Shown here: piece by piece, positions 19,588 to 30,084 of the stretch
Layout of the letters: the number at the start of each line of letters is the position of its first letter
Numbering within the stretch: position 1 is the stretch's first letter
Assembly (NCBI GenBank): GCA_958295685.2
Contig: OY282365.1
Location: forward strand, 395,395 to 459,394
Direction: 5' to 3'
DNA: 64,000 nucleotides
DNA from: an uncultured Dehalococcoidia bacterium
GTDB taxonomy: Bacteria; Chloroflexota; Dehalococcoidia; Lucifugimonadales; CATQGZ01
Made by a program: the position numbers and the translations under genes
Notes under the pieces: generated by a model
What the model was told of the DNA's origin: nothing
The model's database searches: none
Seen by the model: the letters and a program-made list of their open reading frames with translations, nothing else

Positions 19588-20382
19588 CTACAACAGCCTC
19601 TCGGTTGCATCACGTCCCACATCTACTAGTCTTGCGTTTGCCGCCTCGACAAAAGCCTTGTCTTTCTCGATTCCTATGAAGCGTCTCCCCAATCTTCGAC
19701 ATACGACTGGACATGTGCCGACACCTGCAAATGGGTCGAGAACCAAGTCTCTTTCGACTGAGCTTGCCTTCACTAGCCGCTCAATGAGCTTTTCCGGTTT
19801 CTGGATAGTGTTGAGGGCTTCTCTGCTGGCTAATTCCTTCGACTTGTATGTTAGTTGCTTTATGTCTCCCCAGACGTCTCCTGGGTTCTTCCCTCTTTCG
19901 TTGAACTTAGTTTTGCCGAACCTTCCGTTCACAACAGACGGCACTCGCTCGCATCGCAGCCTGTGCTCCAGTTCGACAAGCTGGTCTACTCGAATCGCGT
20001 CGAGGTTGAACGTCTTGGGTCTCTTTCCTTTGACGAAATAGCATATCACGTCGTAGTTGTTGGTGTAGTTGATTCTCCCTTGAGCCAGACGGCTCGGTTG
20101 AAACCAGATGATCCTGGAACAGAGTTTGAGGAAAGGGCGATAGTCGATGAAGTCGATGCAGTCAGATTTTCCGAACATATACAGGGCCGCGCCATCCTTC
20201 ATCTTGGCAGCGAATATCTCTATCAACTTCAGATTGAATGCCTGTATATCGTCGATCTTATCCCACTTGTTAGTCGTTACTCCGTACGGCCCGTCGCAAA
20301 TTATGAGATCGATTGACTCGTCATCGATTTCAGGGAGTAGATCGAACGCGTCGGCATGGTAGATCCTATTGACAGCGAGCAC
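19588..20382 (-). CDS. Type II DNA methyltransferase, beta-class (N4-cytosine/N6-adenine)
   Basis: 264 aa; motif IV DLIICDGPYGV is N-terminal and motif I VLDPFAGVGT is C-terminal. Low-GC codon usage. Confidence 0.85.
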   Translation of the reverse strand: MLAVNRIYHADAFDLLPEIDDESIDLIICDGPYGVTTNKWDKIDDIQAFNLKLIEIFAAKMKDGAALYMFGKSDCIDFIDYRPFLKLCSRIIWFQPSRLAQGRINYTNNYDVICYFVKGKRPKTFNLDAIRVDQLVELEHRLRCERVPSVVNGRFGKTKFNERGKNPGDVWGDIKQLTYKSKELASREALNTIQKPEKLIERLVKASSVERDLVLDPFAGVGTCPVVCRRLGRRFIGIEKDKAFVEAANARLVDVGRDATERLL

Positions 20383-20398
20383 GCGTACCCCCCCTTCT

Positions 20399-23300
20399 CT
20401 ACCGCGCCCTCGACAGGCGGCGGAACAGGTTGGGGACGGATTCGTGCATGAGCGTGTAGATGACGGGGATGACTATCAGCGTGAGGAATGACGAGCTGAT
20501 CAGGCCCCCGATGACCACTGTGGCGAGCTCGGCGCTGATGATGCCTCCCTCGCTGCCGACGAATGCGGCCAGGGGGAGCAGCGCGAAGCTGGTGGTGAAG
20601 GCGGTCATGAGAATGGGCCTCAGACGTATCCTGCCGCCGTGCACCAGCGCGTCGCGGATGCTCATGCCGCGCTCCCTGAGTTGCTGGACGAAGGCGATCA
20701 GGACGATGGCGTTTGTCACGACGACGCCGATGAGCAGCAGGATCCCCATCAACGCGGGCAGGCCGAGCGTGCGTCCCGTGACGGCGAGGGATACGAGCAC
20801 TCCGATCAGGGCGAGCGGGAGGCTCATCACTATTATGAAGGGGTTCCTGAGCGAGCCGAGACTGGCGACCATCACGAGGTATACGAGCACGACTCCGGCG
20901 GCCATCGCCAGGAAGATGTCTTCGAAGCCCTCCGATATCTGCTCGAAGACGCCGCCGGTTGCAACCTCGACGCCGGGAGGCAGGTCAAGGGCGTCTATGC
21001 GGGACTGGACATCCTGGCCCACCGCGCGCGCGTCGTCGGACGTGATCGCCCCGGTGATGCTGGCTGACCGCCGGCCGTCGGAGCGGCTGATGGTGACCGG
21101 CCCCTTGGCCACGTCAACCGAGGCCAGGTCACCGAGCCTGGCAGACCCGGCCGGGCCCTCGATCACGAGGTTCTCCACGCCCTCGACGCCCTCCGCCTCT
21201 CTCGCGCCGCCCCTCAGCACCACGTTGGTGGGCGCCCCTCCGATTCGCACCTGTGTGACCGCGCTGCCCACGAGGGCTCTGCTTAGCTGAAGCGCGACCT
21301 CTCTGGCCGTCAGCCCGATCTCGGCGGCTCCGGCCGGGTCCACGTCGATCTCGATCTGGTCTCTGGCTTCGGTTACGTCGCTGGTAACGTTTACGACCCC
21401 GTCGACCGTGGCGACGTCGTCCACGAGCCTTTCGGCCACCTCCGCTATGGCGTCGTAATCGGCGCCCGTAATGCTCAGTTCCAGGCCTGCCGTGGGCGGG
21501 CCGCTGGTCAGTTCGTTGACGGAGATCGTGCCGCCGTCCGGGACGGGCAGCTCATCGCGGAGGTTGTCTGCTATGTCATCGGGAGCTTCGGAGGAGAGGC
21601 GGACGAATACCAGGGCCTGGTTGAATCCGCCGACACCGACACCTGCTCCCGGTCCGAACGAGTTTACCGGGCTGCCCACGGTCGTCTGATACACGTCGAC
21701 CGTTCCATCGTCGGAGAGCCTCGACAGGGTGTCCTCGACCCGTCCGACGTGTTCGAAGGTCTGCCCGGCCGGAGCGCCGGGTGGGAGGGTCACCTCTATC
21801 GAGAGGAATCTCTCGGCGCCCGATGGGAAGAGCGTTATCGGTATGACGGCGAGCAGTCCCAGGCTTCCGACGGTCACCACCAGGGCGATGGCGAGCGTGG
21901 CGGCCTTGTGTTTGAGCGCCCAGGACAGGGCGGGCACGTAGGCGCGCTGCATCCAGGTGTGCGGCTCGTCGGCCGCGCCGCCATCGTCATCCCGCGGTAC
22001 GTCTCCGGGGCGCACGAGCGCGGCCCCGAGCACGGGCACGGCCGTCAGGGCGACCAGCAGCGACGCGGCCAGGGCGAAGCTGACCGTCAGCGCGAAGGGA
22101 AGGAAGAACGCCCCGACCAGCCCCTGAATGAACGCCAGCGGCACGAACACCACGATTGTCGTGAGCGTAGACGCGATGATCGCGGGTCCGACCTCCACCG
22201 TGGCGTCCAGGGCAACCCTGACCCTGTCCTTGCCGCTCTGGATGTGGCGGTAGACGTTCTCCAGCACGACGATGCTGTCGTCCACCACCCGCCCCACTGA
22301 GATCGCCAGTCCACCGAGAGTCATGAAGTTCAGGGTCATGCCGTTCAGACCCATCAGCAGGACGCCCGCGAAGATGCTGAGGGGGATGGACAGCCCTATC
22401 ACCAGGGTCGGCCTGAAGCTGAGCAGCAGTCCGCGCGCGATGGTCGGGCGCGGCGAGACCAGGAACGCGAATACGACGACGATGGCGAACAGGAAGCCGA
22501 GGACCGCCTCGCGCTGGAGGGTGTCTATCTGTCTACGGATCGCTGGCCCGTTGTTGCTGATGGTGGCTATCTCGACGTCGGGCGGAAGCCCGTCCAGCGC
22601 GTCCAGAGCCTCCAGCACCCCTGACGTCACGTCCACCGTGTTGGCGTCGGGGTCTTTGATTACGCCCAGGCCGAGGCTGGGCTTTCCGTTGGTCCTCGAT
22701 ATGCTCGAGGCGACCTCGCCGCCTGCGCTCACGTCGGCCACGTCCGAGAGCAGCACGGGTTCTCCGGGCGGGTCGTCGGAGAACCCGACCACGAGGCCTT
22801 CCATATCCTCGATCGAGTCGTAGCCGCTCGATGCCTTCACCGGGAGGAAGCGCCCACCCTCGATTACGGCGCCGGCTGGAAGCGCCACGTTGTTATCGGA
22901 TAGGGCCCTGGATACCTGCGCCGGCGACAGTCCGTGCCCGGCCAGGCGCTCCGGGTCGAGCGCGACGACGATCTGCGGCTCCGATCTGCCCGTTACCTGG
23001 ACGTCGAAGACTCCGTCGACGCCCGAGACGGCAGGCAGTACCAGCGTGTCCAGGATGCGCTGCAGCTCGCCGAGGTCCCTGTCGCCGAGCAGGCTGATCT
23101 GCAGCACCGGGAACGCCTCCGGGTCGACGCGTCCGACCAGCGGGTCGTTCACGCCCTCGGGCAGCGTCAGTCGTCCAACGTTGCCGGCGATCACACGCTC
23201 CGCCTCCTCCATGTCCGTGCCGAACTCGAACTCAGCGAAGACCAGCGAGCGGTTCTCGGACGAGACCGACCGAAGGGAGTCGAGCCCCTCGACTCCGGAT

Positions 23301-23515
23301 ATGGCGTTCTCCACGGGGACCGTGACGTCGCGGGCCACGGCCTCGGGGTTGGCGGACGGGTAGAAGGTGGAGACCGTGACCAGAGGGAACTCTATCTCTG
23401 GGAACAGCTCCACCTGGAGGGTTCGGTACGTGAATATGCCGCCGAGGATCAACAGAACGATGACCAGGACGGTCACGGAGCCTCGACGCAGCGCGAGCTC
23501 GGTCAGGAATCTCAA
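20399..23515 (-). CDS. RND superfamily efflux permease (AcrB/HAE family)
   Basis: 1038 aa with 12-TM duplicated architecture and large periplasmic-type loops. No adaptor or outer-membrane factor gene is adjacent. Confidence 0.9.
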   Translation of the reverse strand: MRFLTELALRRGSVTVLVIVLLILGGIFTYRTLQVELFPEIEFPLVTVSTFYPSANPEAVARDVTVPVENAISGVEGLDSLRSVSSENRSLVFAEFEFGTDMEEAERVIAGNVGRLTLPEGVNDPLVGRVDPEAFPVLQISLLGDRDLGELQRILDTLVLPAVSGVDGVFDVQVTGRSEPQIVVALDPERLAGHGLSPAQVSRALSDNNVALPAGAVIEGGRFLPVKASSGYDSIEDMEGLVVGFSDDPPGEPVLLSDVADVSAGGEVASSISRTNGKPSLGLGVIKDPDANTVDVTSGVLEALDALDGLPPDVEIATISNNGPAIRRQIDTLQREAVLGFLFAIVVVFAFLVSPRPTIARGLLLSFRPTLVIGLSIPLSIFAGVLLMGLNGMTLNFMTLGGLAISVGRVVDDSIVVLENVYRHIQSGKDRVRVALDATVEVGPAIIASTLTTIVVFVPLAFIQGLVGAFFLPFALTVSFALAASLLVALTAVPVLGAALVRPGDVPRDDDGGAADEPHTWMQRAYVPALSWALKHKAATLAIALVVTVGSLGLLAVIPITLFPSGAERFLSIEVTLPPGAPAGQTFEHVGRVEDTLSRLSDDGTVDVYQTTVGSPVNSFGPGAGVGVGGFNQALVFVRLSSEAPDDIADNLRDELPVPDGGTISVNELTSGPPTAGLELSITGADYDAIAEVAERLVDDVATVDGVVNVTSDVTEARDQIEIDVDPAGAAEIGLTAREVALQLSRALVGSAVTQVRIGGAPTNVVLRGGAREAEGVEGVENLVIEGPAGSARLGDLASVDVAKGPVTISRSDGRRSASITGAITSDDARAVGQDVQSRIDALDLPPGVEVATGGVFEQISEGFEDIFLAMAAGVVLVYLVMVASLGSLRNPFIIVMSLPLALIGVLVSLAVTGRTLGLPALMGILLLIGVVVTNAIVLIAFVQQLRERGMSIRDALVHGGRIRLRPILMTAFTTSFALLPLAAFVGSEGGIISAELATVVIGGLISSSFLTLIVIPVIYTLMHESVPNLFRRLSRAR

Positions 23516-23562
23516 GTTATCTTCCTTTCGTCATTTCCGGTACGTTGTCGGAAGCGTGCGCG

Positions 23563-24660
23563 TCACCCCACGCGGTAGGGGGCCAGGGCATCCTCGTTCA
23601 GATCGATGCCCAGGCCCGGCCTGTTGGGTGGGCTCACGCAGCCGTTCTTTACGGCGAGGGTGTGTTGGTACATCCTGCCCCACATCGGATCGGTGGAGTC
23701 GCTGTAGTATTCGACCGTCAGGCCGTTGGGGATGGCGGCGACGAGGTGCACGTGCACGTCCTGGTTGCCGTGTGGGGCCACCGGCAGGTCGTGAGCCTGT
23801 GCGAGCGCGGCGACCTTCATGAACTCGGTTATGCCTCCCATGATCAGCGCGTCGGGCTGGATGATGGCCGCGCAGCGGTTCTCGATCAGGTCCCTGAAGC
23901 CGTATCGGGTGTATTCGTTCTCGCCGGTGGCTATGGGGATGGTGGTGGCTCTGCTGACGAGCCTGTGGCCCTCGTAGTCGTCGGGGTTGACCGGCTCCTC
24001 GAACCAGAAGACGTCGTGCGGCTCCATCTTGCGGGCGATCTCTATGGCCTCGTAGAAGCGGTAGGCGCAGTTGGCGTCGACCATGAGCTTCACGCCGGGG
24101 CCGACCGCCTGGCGGACGACCCTGACGCGCTCGACGTCCTCGTTGATGGGCGCGCCGCCGATCTTCATCTTGACGGCGTTCGCGCCTAGGGACACGGCCC
24201 TCTCCATCTCGGCCGCCAAGTCGTCCAGGCCCTTGCCCTCCTCGTAGTAGCCTCCTGCGACGTAGACCGGGACCGTATCGGCGAAGCCGCCGAGCATCTT
24301 GTAGACCGGCCTGCCTGCCGCCTTCCCCTTGATGTCCCACAGGGCGATGTCTATGCCGCTGATTATGCGCGTGGTGATGCCGCGGCGGCCCACCAGCTTG
24401 GGCTGCCACATGTCGTCCCATATGCGTTCGTTGTCGAACGGGTCCTGTCTGACCGCGTACTGCTTCAGGTGGCGCAGGATGCCGCGGCCGATGTCCTCGG
24501 CCTCCTGGACCGCGCCGCAGAGTCCTACGCCGGTGAGGCCGTCGTCGGTCTCTATCTTCACGACGTCCAGCCCGGCGGTGGGGTAGACGTACCTGCCGTT
24601 TCGGATGGGCTTGGGACGCTTCCAGCGGTAGGTCTCCATCGTTACGTCGGTGATCTTCAT
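23563..24660 (-). CDS. Enolase-superfamily enzyme (mandelate racemase/muconate lactonizing family; acid-sugar dehydratase-like)
   Basis: ATG 24660 (MKITDVTMETYRW...). Motifs KMKIGG, LMVDAN, WFEEP and GENE. Confidence 0.8.
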   Translation of the reverse strand: MKITDVTMETYRWKRPKPIRNGRYVYPTAGLDVVKIETDDGLTGVGLCGAVQEAEDIGRGILRHLKQYAVRQDPFDNERIWDDMWQPKLVGRRGITTRIISGIDIALWDIKGKAAGRPVYKMLGGFADTVPVYVAGGYYEEGKGLDDLAAEMERAVSLGANAVKMKIGGAPINEDVERVRVVRQAVGPGVKLMVDANCAYRFYEAIEIARKMEPHDVFWFEEPVNPDDYEGHRLVSRATTIPIATGENEYTRYGFRDLIENRCAAIIQPDALIMGGITEFMKVAALAQAHDLPVAPHGNQDVHVHLVAAIPNGLTVEYYSDSTDPMWGRMYQHTLAVKNGCVSPPNRPGLGIDLNEDALAPYRVG

Positions 24661-24706
24661 GCCGTGCGCCCTCCGTAATGCTCGATTCCGGGTTATCCGG
24701 CCGGGG

Positions 24707-24955
24707 TCATTCGACAGGTATGCGCTCATGCACGTGCTCACCGGCCAGTGAACGGTGGGCAAAGAGCAGGCACGCCTGGATGTCTTCAGACTCCAGGACC
24801 GGATATTCCCGGAGAATCGTCTCAGCAGAATCGCCGGCCGCAAGCATTCCCAGGACGTGCTCCACCGCGATACGCATATCGCGAATGATTGGCTTGCCGC
24901 CAAAGACGTCTGCGTGCACGGTGATGCGCTCCAGCAGATCGGTGTTATTCGTCAT
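24707..24955 (-). CDS. DUF433 domain protein (antitoxin-like), orphan
   Basis: ITVHADVFGGKPIIRDMRIAVEHVLGMLAAGDSAETILREYPVLESEDIQACLLFA matches the DUF433 pattern. No toxin gene follows. Confidence 0.7.
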   Translation of the reverse strand: MTNNTDLLERITVHADVFGGKPIIRDMRIAVEHVLGMLAAGDSAETILREYPVLESEDIQACLLFAHRSLAGEHVHERIPVE

Positions 24956-25003
24956 GTCTTTTCCTTCCATAGCTCAGGGAATTTTTGACTGCCGGGCGCC
25001 CCG

Positions 25004-26125
25004 TCATTCGAACCTGGCGGGGTCGAATGCGTCGATCCCGACGTCGGACGTTCCGGTCGTGAGGATGTCCGCAGCAATGCGGCCCATCGACGGGCCCAGC
25101 AGTATCCCCTTCCGCTCGGCTCCGGTGGCGAGGATGACGCCCTCCATGCCGGGGACGTGTCCGAGCAGCGGGAGCCTGTCGGGCGTTACCGGCCTAAGGC
25201 AGGCGGTCTGGCGCGCCAGCGCCGTGTCTCCCAACGATGGCAGCAGCCTGTGGAGAGATGCCATGATCCGGTCGCGGGCCTCGGTGGTCGGGGTCTCGTC
25301 GAACCCGACCTCCTCCTCGGTGGTGCCCGCCCACAGGAGGCCGTCCGGCTTGGTCGTAGCGTAGTTGCCATTCCAGCCGATCGAGCACTCGACCGGCGGG
25401 CCCGGCGCCCTGAGCCGGAGTATCTGCCCCTTGAGCGGCCCGACTTGAACGCGGATGCCGAGCCACTCGGACGCCTCCGAGCTCCATGGCCCTGAGGCGA
25501 TCACCATCCGCTCGCAGGGGAGCGTCTCGTCTCCCACCCTGACGCCGGAGACGCGGCCGCCCTGCCGGACGAGTCCTGAGACCGCCCCGTTTCGTATGGA
25601 GGCGCCCAGACCCTCGGCCGCCCGTGCCAGCGCGAGGCTGAACCGGTACGGGTCCACCTGCGCCGAGCCCTCGACGTGAATCCCGCCCAGGGCCTCCTCC
25701 GAGATGCGCGGCTCGACCCGGCGCGCATCCGTCGAGCTCAGCCAGCGGACGGAGTAGCCCTCGTGTCCCTGCTGCCGAGCCACGGCGTCCTTGGCGGCCT
25801 CTGCCTCCGCCTCGTCGAAGGTCAGCGTCAGGAGCGGCTTGCTGCCGTAGCCCGTCTCCAGACCCGTCTCGGAGGGCAGGCCGGCGCCCATCTCGGCGTG
25901 AATCCTCATGCCGTCGAAGGCCATCGCCTCCAGTACGTCCGGGACTCCGCTGCCGGTTACGGGGCTCAGGCCGCCCAAGGCGAAACCGGATGCGTGGCTT
26001 CCGATCGAGTCCCGCTCGACGACTGTGGACGCCACTCCGGCCATGCCCAGGAAGTAGGCCGTGGACAGCCCGACGACCCCGCCGCCTACGATTACCACAC
26101 CGTCGTTCTTCACCGGCATAGACAC
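25004..26125 (-). CDS. FAD-dependent oxidoreductase (DAO/glycine oxidase family)
   Basis: 373 aa; N-terminal dinucleotide fold VVIVGGGVVGLSTAYFL. Confidence 0.85.
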   Translation of the reverse strand: MSMPVKNDGVVIVGGGVVGLSTAYFLGMAGVASTVVERDSIGSHASGFALGGLSPVTGSGVPDVLEAMAFDGMRIHAEMGAGLPSETGLETGYGSKPLLTLTFDEAEAEAAKDAVARQQGHEGYSVRWLSSTDARRVEPRISEEALGGIHVEGSAQVDPYRFSLALARAAEGLGASIRNGAVSGLVRQGGRVSGVRVGDETLPCERMVIASGPWSSEASEWLGIRVQVGPLKGQILRLRAPGPPVECSIGWNGNYATTKPDGLLWAGTTEEEVGFDETPTTEARDRIMASLHRLLPSLGDTALARQTACLRPVTPDRLPLLGHVPGMEGVILATGAERKGILLGPSMGRIAADILTTGTSDVGIDAFDPARFE

Positions 26126-26135
26126 CGGGTGCGGT

Positions 26136-27248
26136 TTAAGTATCGGGCCATGGCGCGAGGGTTGCTTCGATCTCGAGCGTGCCGGCGTCTCTGTGCACGG
26201 TCAGCGTGACGGTGTGCCCCGGCAGGAGGGTGTTGAAGTAGCTCACCATCTCGTCGACTGAGGACACTGGGCGGCCGTCGACAGCGGTGATGACGTCGCC
26301 TCGGGCCGTGCCGAGGACCGCTCGGAACGGCTCCAGCCCGATGCTCTGCGCCGGGCTGCCGTCTGAGACGGAAGCTACCGCAACGCCCGCGGGTATGCCG
26401 AGGTCGTCCCTGACCTCGGCCGAGATCGGGCGGCTGCTTATCCCGAGCCACGGCCTGCGCACCTCGGCGGAGACGAGCAGCTGTGGGAGAAGGTTCTGAA
26501 GGGTGTTGCTGGGCACCGCGAAGCCTATTCGGAACTCGTCCAGCCCCTGGAAGGGCAGGGTTCTGATGGACGAGTTGACCCCGATAACCTCGCCGCCGGA
26601 GTTGAGCAGTGGGCCCCCGGAGTTGCCTGAGTTCAGGGGCGCGTCGGTCTGGATCATGTCCGGTATGGGGCGGCTGAGCGCGCTGACCGGCGCGCGCCCC
26701 CGGCCGCTGACCACGCCGACCGTCACGGAGTTGAAGTTGCCGAACGGGCTTCCGATGGCGACGGCCATCTGTCCTGGAACGACCTCGGAGGAGTCCGCCA
26801 GTGGCAGCGGTTCGATCTCGGAGACCTCGGCCGGATCTACCTGAAGCACTGCCAGATCGTCGGCCGGGCTGTTGCCGAGCATCTGGGCTTCCAGCACGCG
26901 GCCATCGTGGAGCCTGATGTTTATGCTCTGGGCATTGGCGACCACGTGGTCGTTGGTGACCACGTGTCCGTCACTGTCGACCAGGAATCCGGAGCCGCTG
27001 CCCGGACCGGCCGCCGTCAGGGTCACCTCGAGTTCGACCACGGCCGGACTGGCGCGCTCGTACAGGTCGGTGACCATCTCCTCGTCGAACAGGGCGTCGG
27101 AGCCGGCGAAGCCGCCGCCCGCCGCGAACAGGCCGACGGAGAAGCCGATCAGCGCGCCCAGAGCGAGCAGCCCCACGGCGAAGCCGCGGGTCAGGCCTGA
27201 CCGCCGTGTGACCGCCTGCGGCGCGGGTTCCTGCCGTGCCTGTTCCAT
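26136..27248 (-). CDS. HtrA/DegP-like trypsin-family serine protease with C-terminal PDZ domain
   Basis: ATG 27248 (MEQARQEP...). One TM helix. Catalytic motifs TNDHVV, DLAVLQV and GNSGGPL, then a PDZ domain. Confidence 0.85.
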   Translation of the reverse strand: MEQARQEPAPQAVTRRSGLTRGFAVGLLALGALIGFSVGLFAAGGGFAGSDALFDEEMVTDLYERASPAVVELEVTLTAAGPGSGSGFLVDSDGHVVTNDHVVANAQSINIRLHDGRVLEAQMLGNSPADDLAVLQVDPAEVSEIEPLPLADSSEVVPGQMAVAIGSPFGNFNSVTVGVVSGRGRAPVSALSRPIPDMIQTDAPLNSGNSGGPLLNSGGEVIGVNSSIRTLPFQGLDEFRIGFAVPSNTLQNLLPQLLVSAEVRRPWLGISSRPISAEVRDDLGIPAGVAVASVSDGSPAQSIGLEPFRAVLGTARGDVITAVDGRPVSSVDEMVSYFNTLLPGHTVTLTVHRDAGTLEIEATLAPWPDT

Positions 27249-27295
27249 CGTGTGGACGTCCTCGTCGTGGGTGATGCTTGCCAACACAGTATATC

Positions 27296-28000
27296 TCAGA
27301 TGCCCAGGCTGCCGAGGATGTCCCGAATCGGCCGCCGGATGCAGGTGAATATCGGCGTATCGCGGAGCGTGTACCGGCTGCCCTCGATTCCCCTGAGCTC
27401 CATGACCAGGTCGAGGAAGTCCGCGGGGGCGTCGGTCTCGAAGGCCACGACGAATTCCTGATCGTCCAGGCCGAACGAGTAGGTGGTGTTGATCTTGACG
27501 GACGGGTACTTGTGGCCCACCCTGAAGTGCTCCCCCATCATCTGCTGCCGCCGCTCCAGAGGGAGCAGGTACCACTCCCTCGTTTTCAGGAAGGGGTAGA
27601 CGACGAGGTACCGGTACTCCCCGCCGGGCCGCAGGCGCTCGCGGACGCCCTCCTGGCCTTCGTGCCGGTGCCCGCCCACGTACTGAGAGCGCCGGGTCAT
27701 GGCTAGGTACGAGTAGGGCTGTGTCAGATACTCCGCCATGCGTGTCCGCCGCAGCGCGGCGGCCGCGTCCTGGAGGTCCTCGAGCCTGTCGGCGGCTCGC
27801 CACAGCAGGAAGTCAGCGTCGCCCCGCAGCCCTATCAGACTGAAGCTACGTACGAACGCGCGGGGCGCCGACTCCGCGACGACTTGCTCGAACTCCAGCT
27901 TGACGGTTTCCGCTTGCCCGGCCATGCGGCGCCATGCGCGGTCGACGCTGTAGAAGTCGTACTTTACAAACTGCCTGCCGTTATCGTCCGCCAACCACAC
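27296..28000 (-). CDS. hemQ: Coproheme decarboxylase (HemQ/ChdC, chlorite dismutase family)
   Basis: 234 aa; [48 protein letters not shown]. Confidence 0.85.
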   Translation of the reverse strand: MWLADDNGRQFVKYDFYSVDRAWRRMAGQAETVKLEFEQVVAESAPRAFVRSFSLIGLRGDADFLLWRAADRLEDLQDAAAALRRTRMAEYLTQPYSYLAMTRRSQYVGGHRHEGQEGVRERLRPGGEYRYLVVYPFLKTREWYLLPLERRQQMMGEHFRVGHKYPSVKINTTYSFGLDDQEFVVAFETDAPADFLDLVMELRGIEGSRYTLRDTPIFTCIRRPIRDILGSLGI

Positions 28001-28053
28001 TCTCCTTGAGACGTGGTCATTATATCATCGGCGCGAGTCCCCTGGATGCAGAA

Positions 28054-28082
28054 TTGACCGGCGCGCCTTTGGAGGCTATCAT
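28054..28082 (+). promoter_or_regulatory. Candidate tatA promoter
   Basis: TTGACC 28054-28059, 17-nt spacer, TATCAT 28077-28082. GGGGGAG RBS lies before the ATG at 28116. Confidence 0.5.
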
Positions 28083-28115
28083 ATAGCCAAATCCGGGCGT
28101 TCGAAGGGGGAGACC

Positions 28116-28319
28116 ATGGGATTCCTGGGAGGAATCAGAGGACCCGAGCTGATACTGATCCTGGTGATCGTCATGATCATCTTCGGAGTCGGCAGGCTCC
28201 CGGAGGTGGGTGGCGCGCTGGGCAAGGCGATTCGGCAGTTCCGCGGCTCCGTGTCCGAAAAGAGCGAGACGAGCGAGCCTGCCGCGCTCGAGCAGGACGG
28301 CGAGAAGAAGACGACCTGA
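28116..28319 (+). CDS. tatA: Twin-arginine translocase subunit TatA/E
   Basis: 67 aa; [33 protein letters not shown]. Confidence 0.9.
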   Translation: MGFLGGIRGPELILILVIVMIIFGVGRLPEVGGALGKAIRQFRGSVSEKSETSEPAALEQDGEKKTT

Positions 28320-28355
28320 GGGGTACGTCCGCGCTGTCTGAAGCCTGAAGGACTC

Positions 28356-28388
28356 GAACCCCCGGCGTATGCCGGGGGTTCGCTTTTG
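28356..28388. terminator. Bidirectional intrinsic terminator between tatA and the symporter gene
   Basis: GAACCCCCGGC-GTAT-GCCGGGGGTTC (11-bp stem), followed by GCTTTTG. Confidence 0.75.
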
Positions 28389-28427
28389 TCGGAAGGTCTG
28401 TCGGCGGCTGCCCTGGGAGCGAACGCC

Positions 28428-30035
28428 TTACGCGTTGACCCTGTCGAAGAATTTCGTCACCTCTGCAGGGGGCTTCGACGTAAGCAGCGTTGCGGCGACG
28501 GCTGCAATTGTCGCTATTATGAAGCCCGGAGCGGCAGAGATGCCCATGTCCATGATTCCCCAGGGGCCTCCACTCGTGAACTGCCAGACGGTAGCGGCCG
28601 CCGTGCCGGCGATTATCGAGGCGAGGGCTCCCCAGAAGTTGAACCTGCGCCAGTACAGCGCCAGGATCGTGACCGGGCCGAAGGCCGCTCCCATCCCGCC
28701 CCACGCATAGGCGACCAGTCGGGCTATCGATTCGGGGAACAGGATGGCGAGGGTCGCCGCCACGACGCCGATTATTAACAGCAGGAGGCGGCCCAGCCAA
28801 ACCCTCCCGAAAGCGCCCAGGGTGACGCCGCGCCAGTCGCCGGTCGGCGCGTCGAGCACCCAGTTCTCCTTGTCAGGCGTGAACTCCGGGCCTCCCGTCT
28901 TGTAGTAGAGCAGGCCCACCGCGGCGTACTGGTACCGGAGCCGATACGCGTACTTCCTGATGATGGGCAGGTCATCCGCGGCTATGGCGGAGCCCAAGAG
29001 AAGCTGCGAGTCTGCGCTGCTCATTATCGCCGCGATCACGGCCGTCAGAAGCAGACCGGTCAACACGGGGAAGAAGAACGCTTCCGAGACTATGAGGTAG
29101 AGGCGCTCCGAGTCCTGCTCCGCGACGGCCAGCATCCCAATCTCCGTGAGCGCGGGACGGGCCACGAGACCCAGCAGGAACCCTAACGAGAAGATGAGGG
29201 CAATCCAAACCGTGCCGATATTGCGGCTGGCCGGTATCTTCTCCTCCTTCTCCACCGCCATGAAGCGTTGCAGTATGCGCTGCGACCCGAACGCGCCCAG
29301 TCCCCATCCCATGCTGGAGAGAATGAACACAAAGGTGATGGAGTTGCCCCCTGCGTCGGTTAGTGGGTTCAGGATGTCTGATGCCTGTCCCAGACCCTGA
29401 AACGGTTCGGTGGTAGAAAATATCAGCGTCAGCGGCAGGATGACCAAGCCGACCAGCATGAGCATAGCCTGAAACACGTCGGTCCTCGAGACCGCCAGAA
29501 AGCCGCCTATGAAGGTGTAGGAGGTCACCGCGGCGAGCGTTATCAGCACTCCCGTGCTGGGCCCGATTCCGAACACCGTCTCCATGAGCTTGGAGCCGGC
29601 GATCAGCCCGGAGTTGACGTAGACCATTATGAAGAAGATCGTTACGAGGGCGACGAGGGTCCGCAGGACTCCGGTCTTGTCCGCAAAGCGCCTCTCGAGA
29701 AACTCAGGCAGGGTCAGGGCGTCCTGCTCTATCGTATAGCGCCGCAGCCTCTTCCCGAGGATAGTCCAGACGAACCAGAAGCCCAGCACGAGACTCACCA
29801 CCGTCCACAGGTGTGCCGAGCCCTGGATGAATACCAGACCCGGGAACACGAGCATGGTCCAACCGCTGGTGGTGGATGAACTGGCGCTCAATGCCGCCGT
29901 GAAGCTGCTCAGCCGTCTGCCGCCGAGCACGTAGTCCGACATCTCCCTCAGCGGGCGGGTGCGGATCACCGCTATGCCGATCAGCACGGCGAAGTACGCG
30001 AAGAAGACGGCGAGTATCCACGGGTTGAACTCCAT
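28428..30035 (-). CDS. Sodium:solute symporter family transporter (PutP-like)
   Basis: 535 aa, about 13 TM helices. N-terminus MEFNPWILAVFFAYFAVLIGIAV and the overall pattern are typical of the SSS family. Confidence 0.8.
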   Translation of the reverse strand: MEFNPWILAVFFAYFAVLIGIAVIRTRPLREMSDYVLGGRRLSSFTAALSASSSTTSGWTMLVFPGLVFIQGSAHLWTVVSLVLGFWFVWTILGKRLRRYTIEQDALTLPEFLERRFADKTGVLRTLVALVTIFFIMVYVNSGLIAGSKLMETVFGIGPSTGVLITLAAVTSYTFIGGFLAVSRTDVFQAMLMLVGLVILPLTLIFSTTEPFQGLGQASDILNPLTDAGGNSITFVFILSSMGWGLGAFGSQRILQRFMAVEKEEKIPASRNIGTVWIALIFSLGFLLGLVARPALTEIGMLAVAEQDSERLYLIVSEAFFFPVLTGLLLTAVIAAIMSSADSQLLLGSAIAADDLPIIRKYAYRLRYQYAAVGLLYYKTGGPEFTPDKENWVLDAPTGDWRGVTLGAFGRVWLGRLLLLIIGVVAATLAILFPESIARLVAYAWGGMGAAFGPVTILALYWRRFNFWGALASIIAGTAAATVWQFTSGGPWGIMDMGISAAPGFIIATIAAVAATLLTSKPPAEVTKFFDRVNA

Positions 30036-30084
30036 GCGTCACGTGTCTCCTGGTGGAATCATCGGCTGGCGGGATCGGGCGGGC

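Noticed and set aside
20399-23515. RND pump lacking adjacent membrane-fusion and outer-membrane genes, considered as an anomaly.
   Set aside because: This is common for RND-family transporters in monoderm lineages, so it is not informative on its own.
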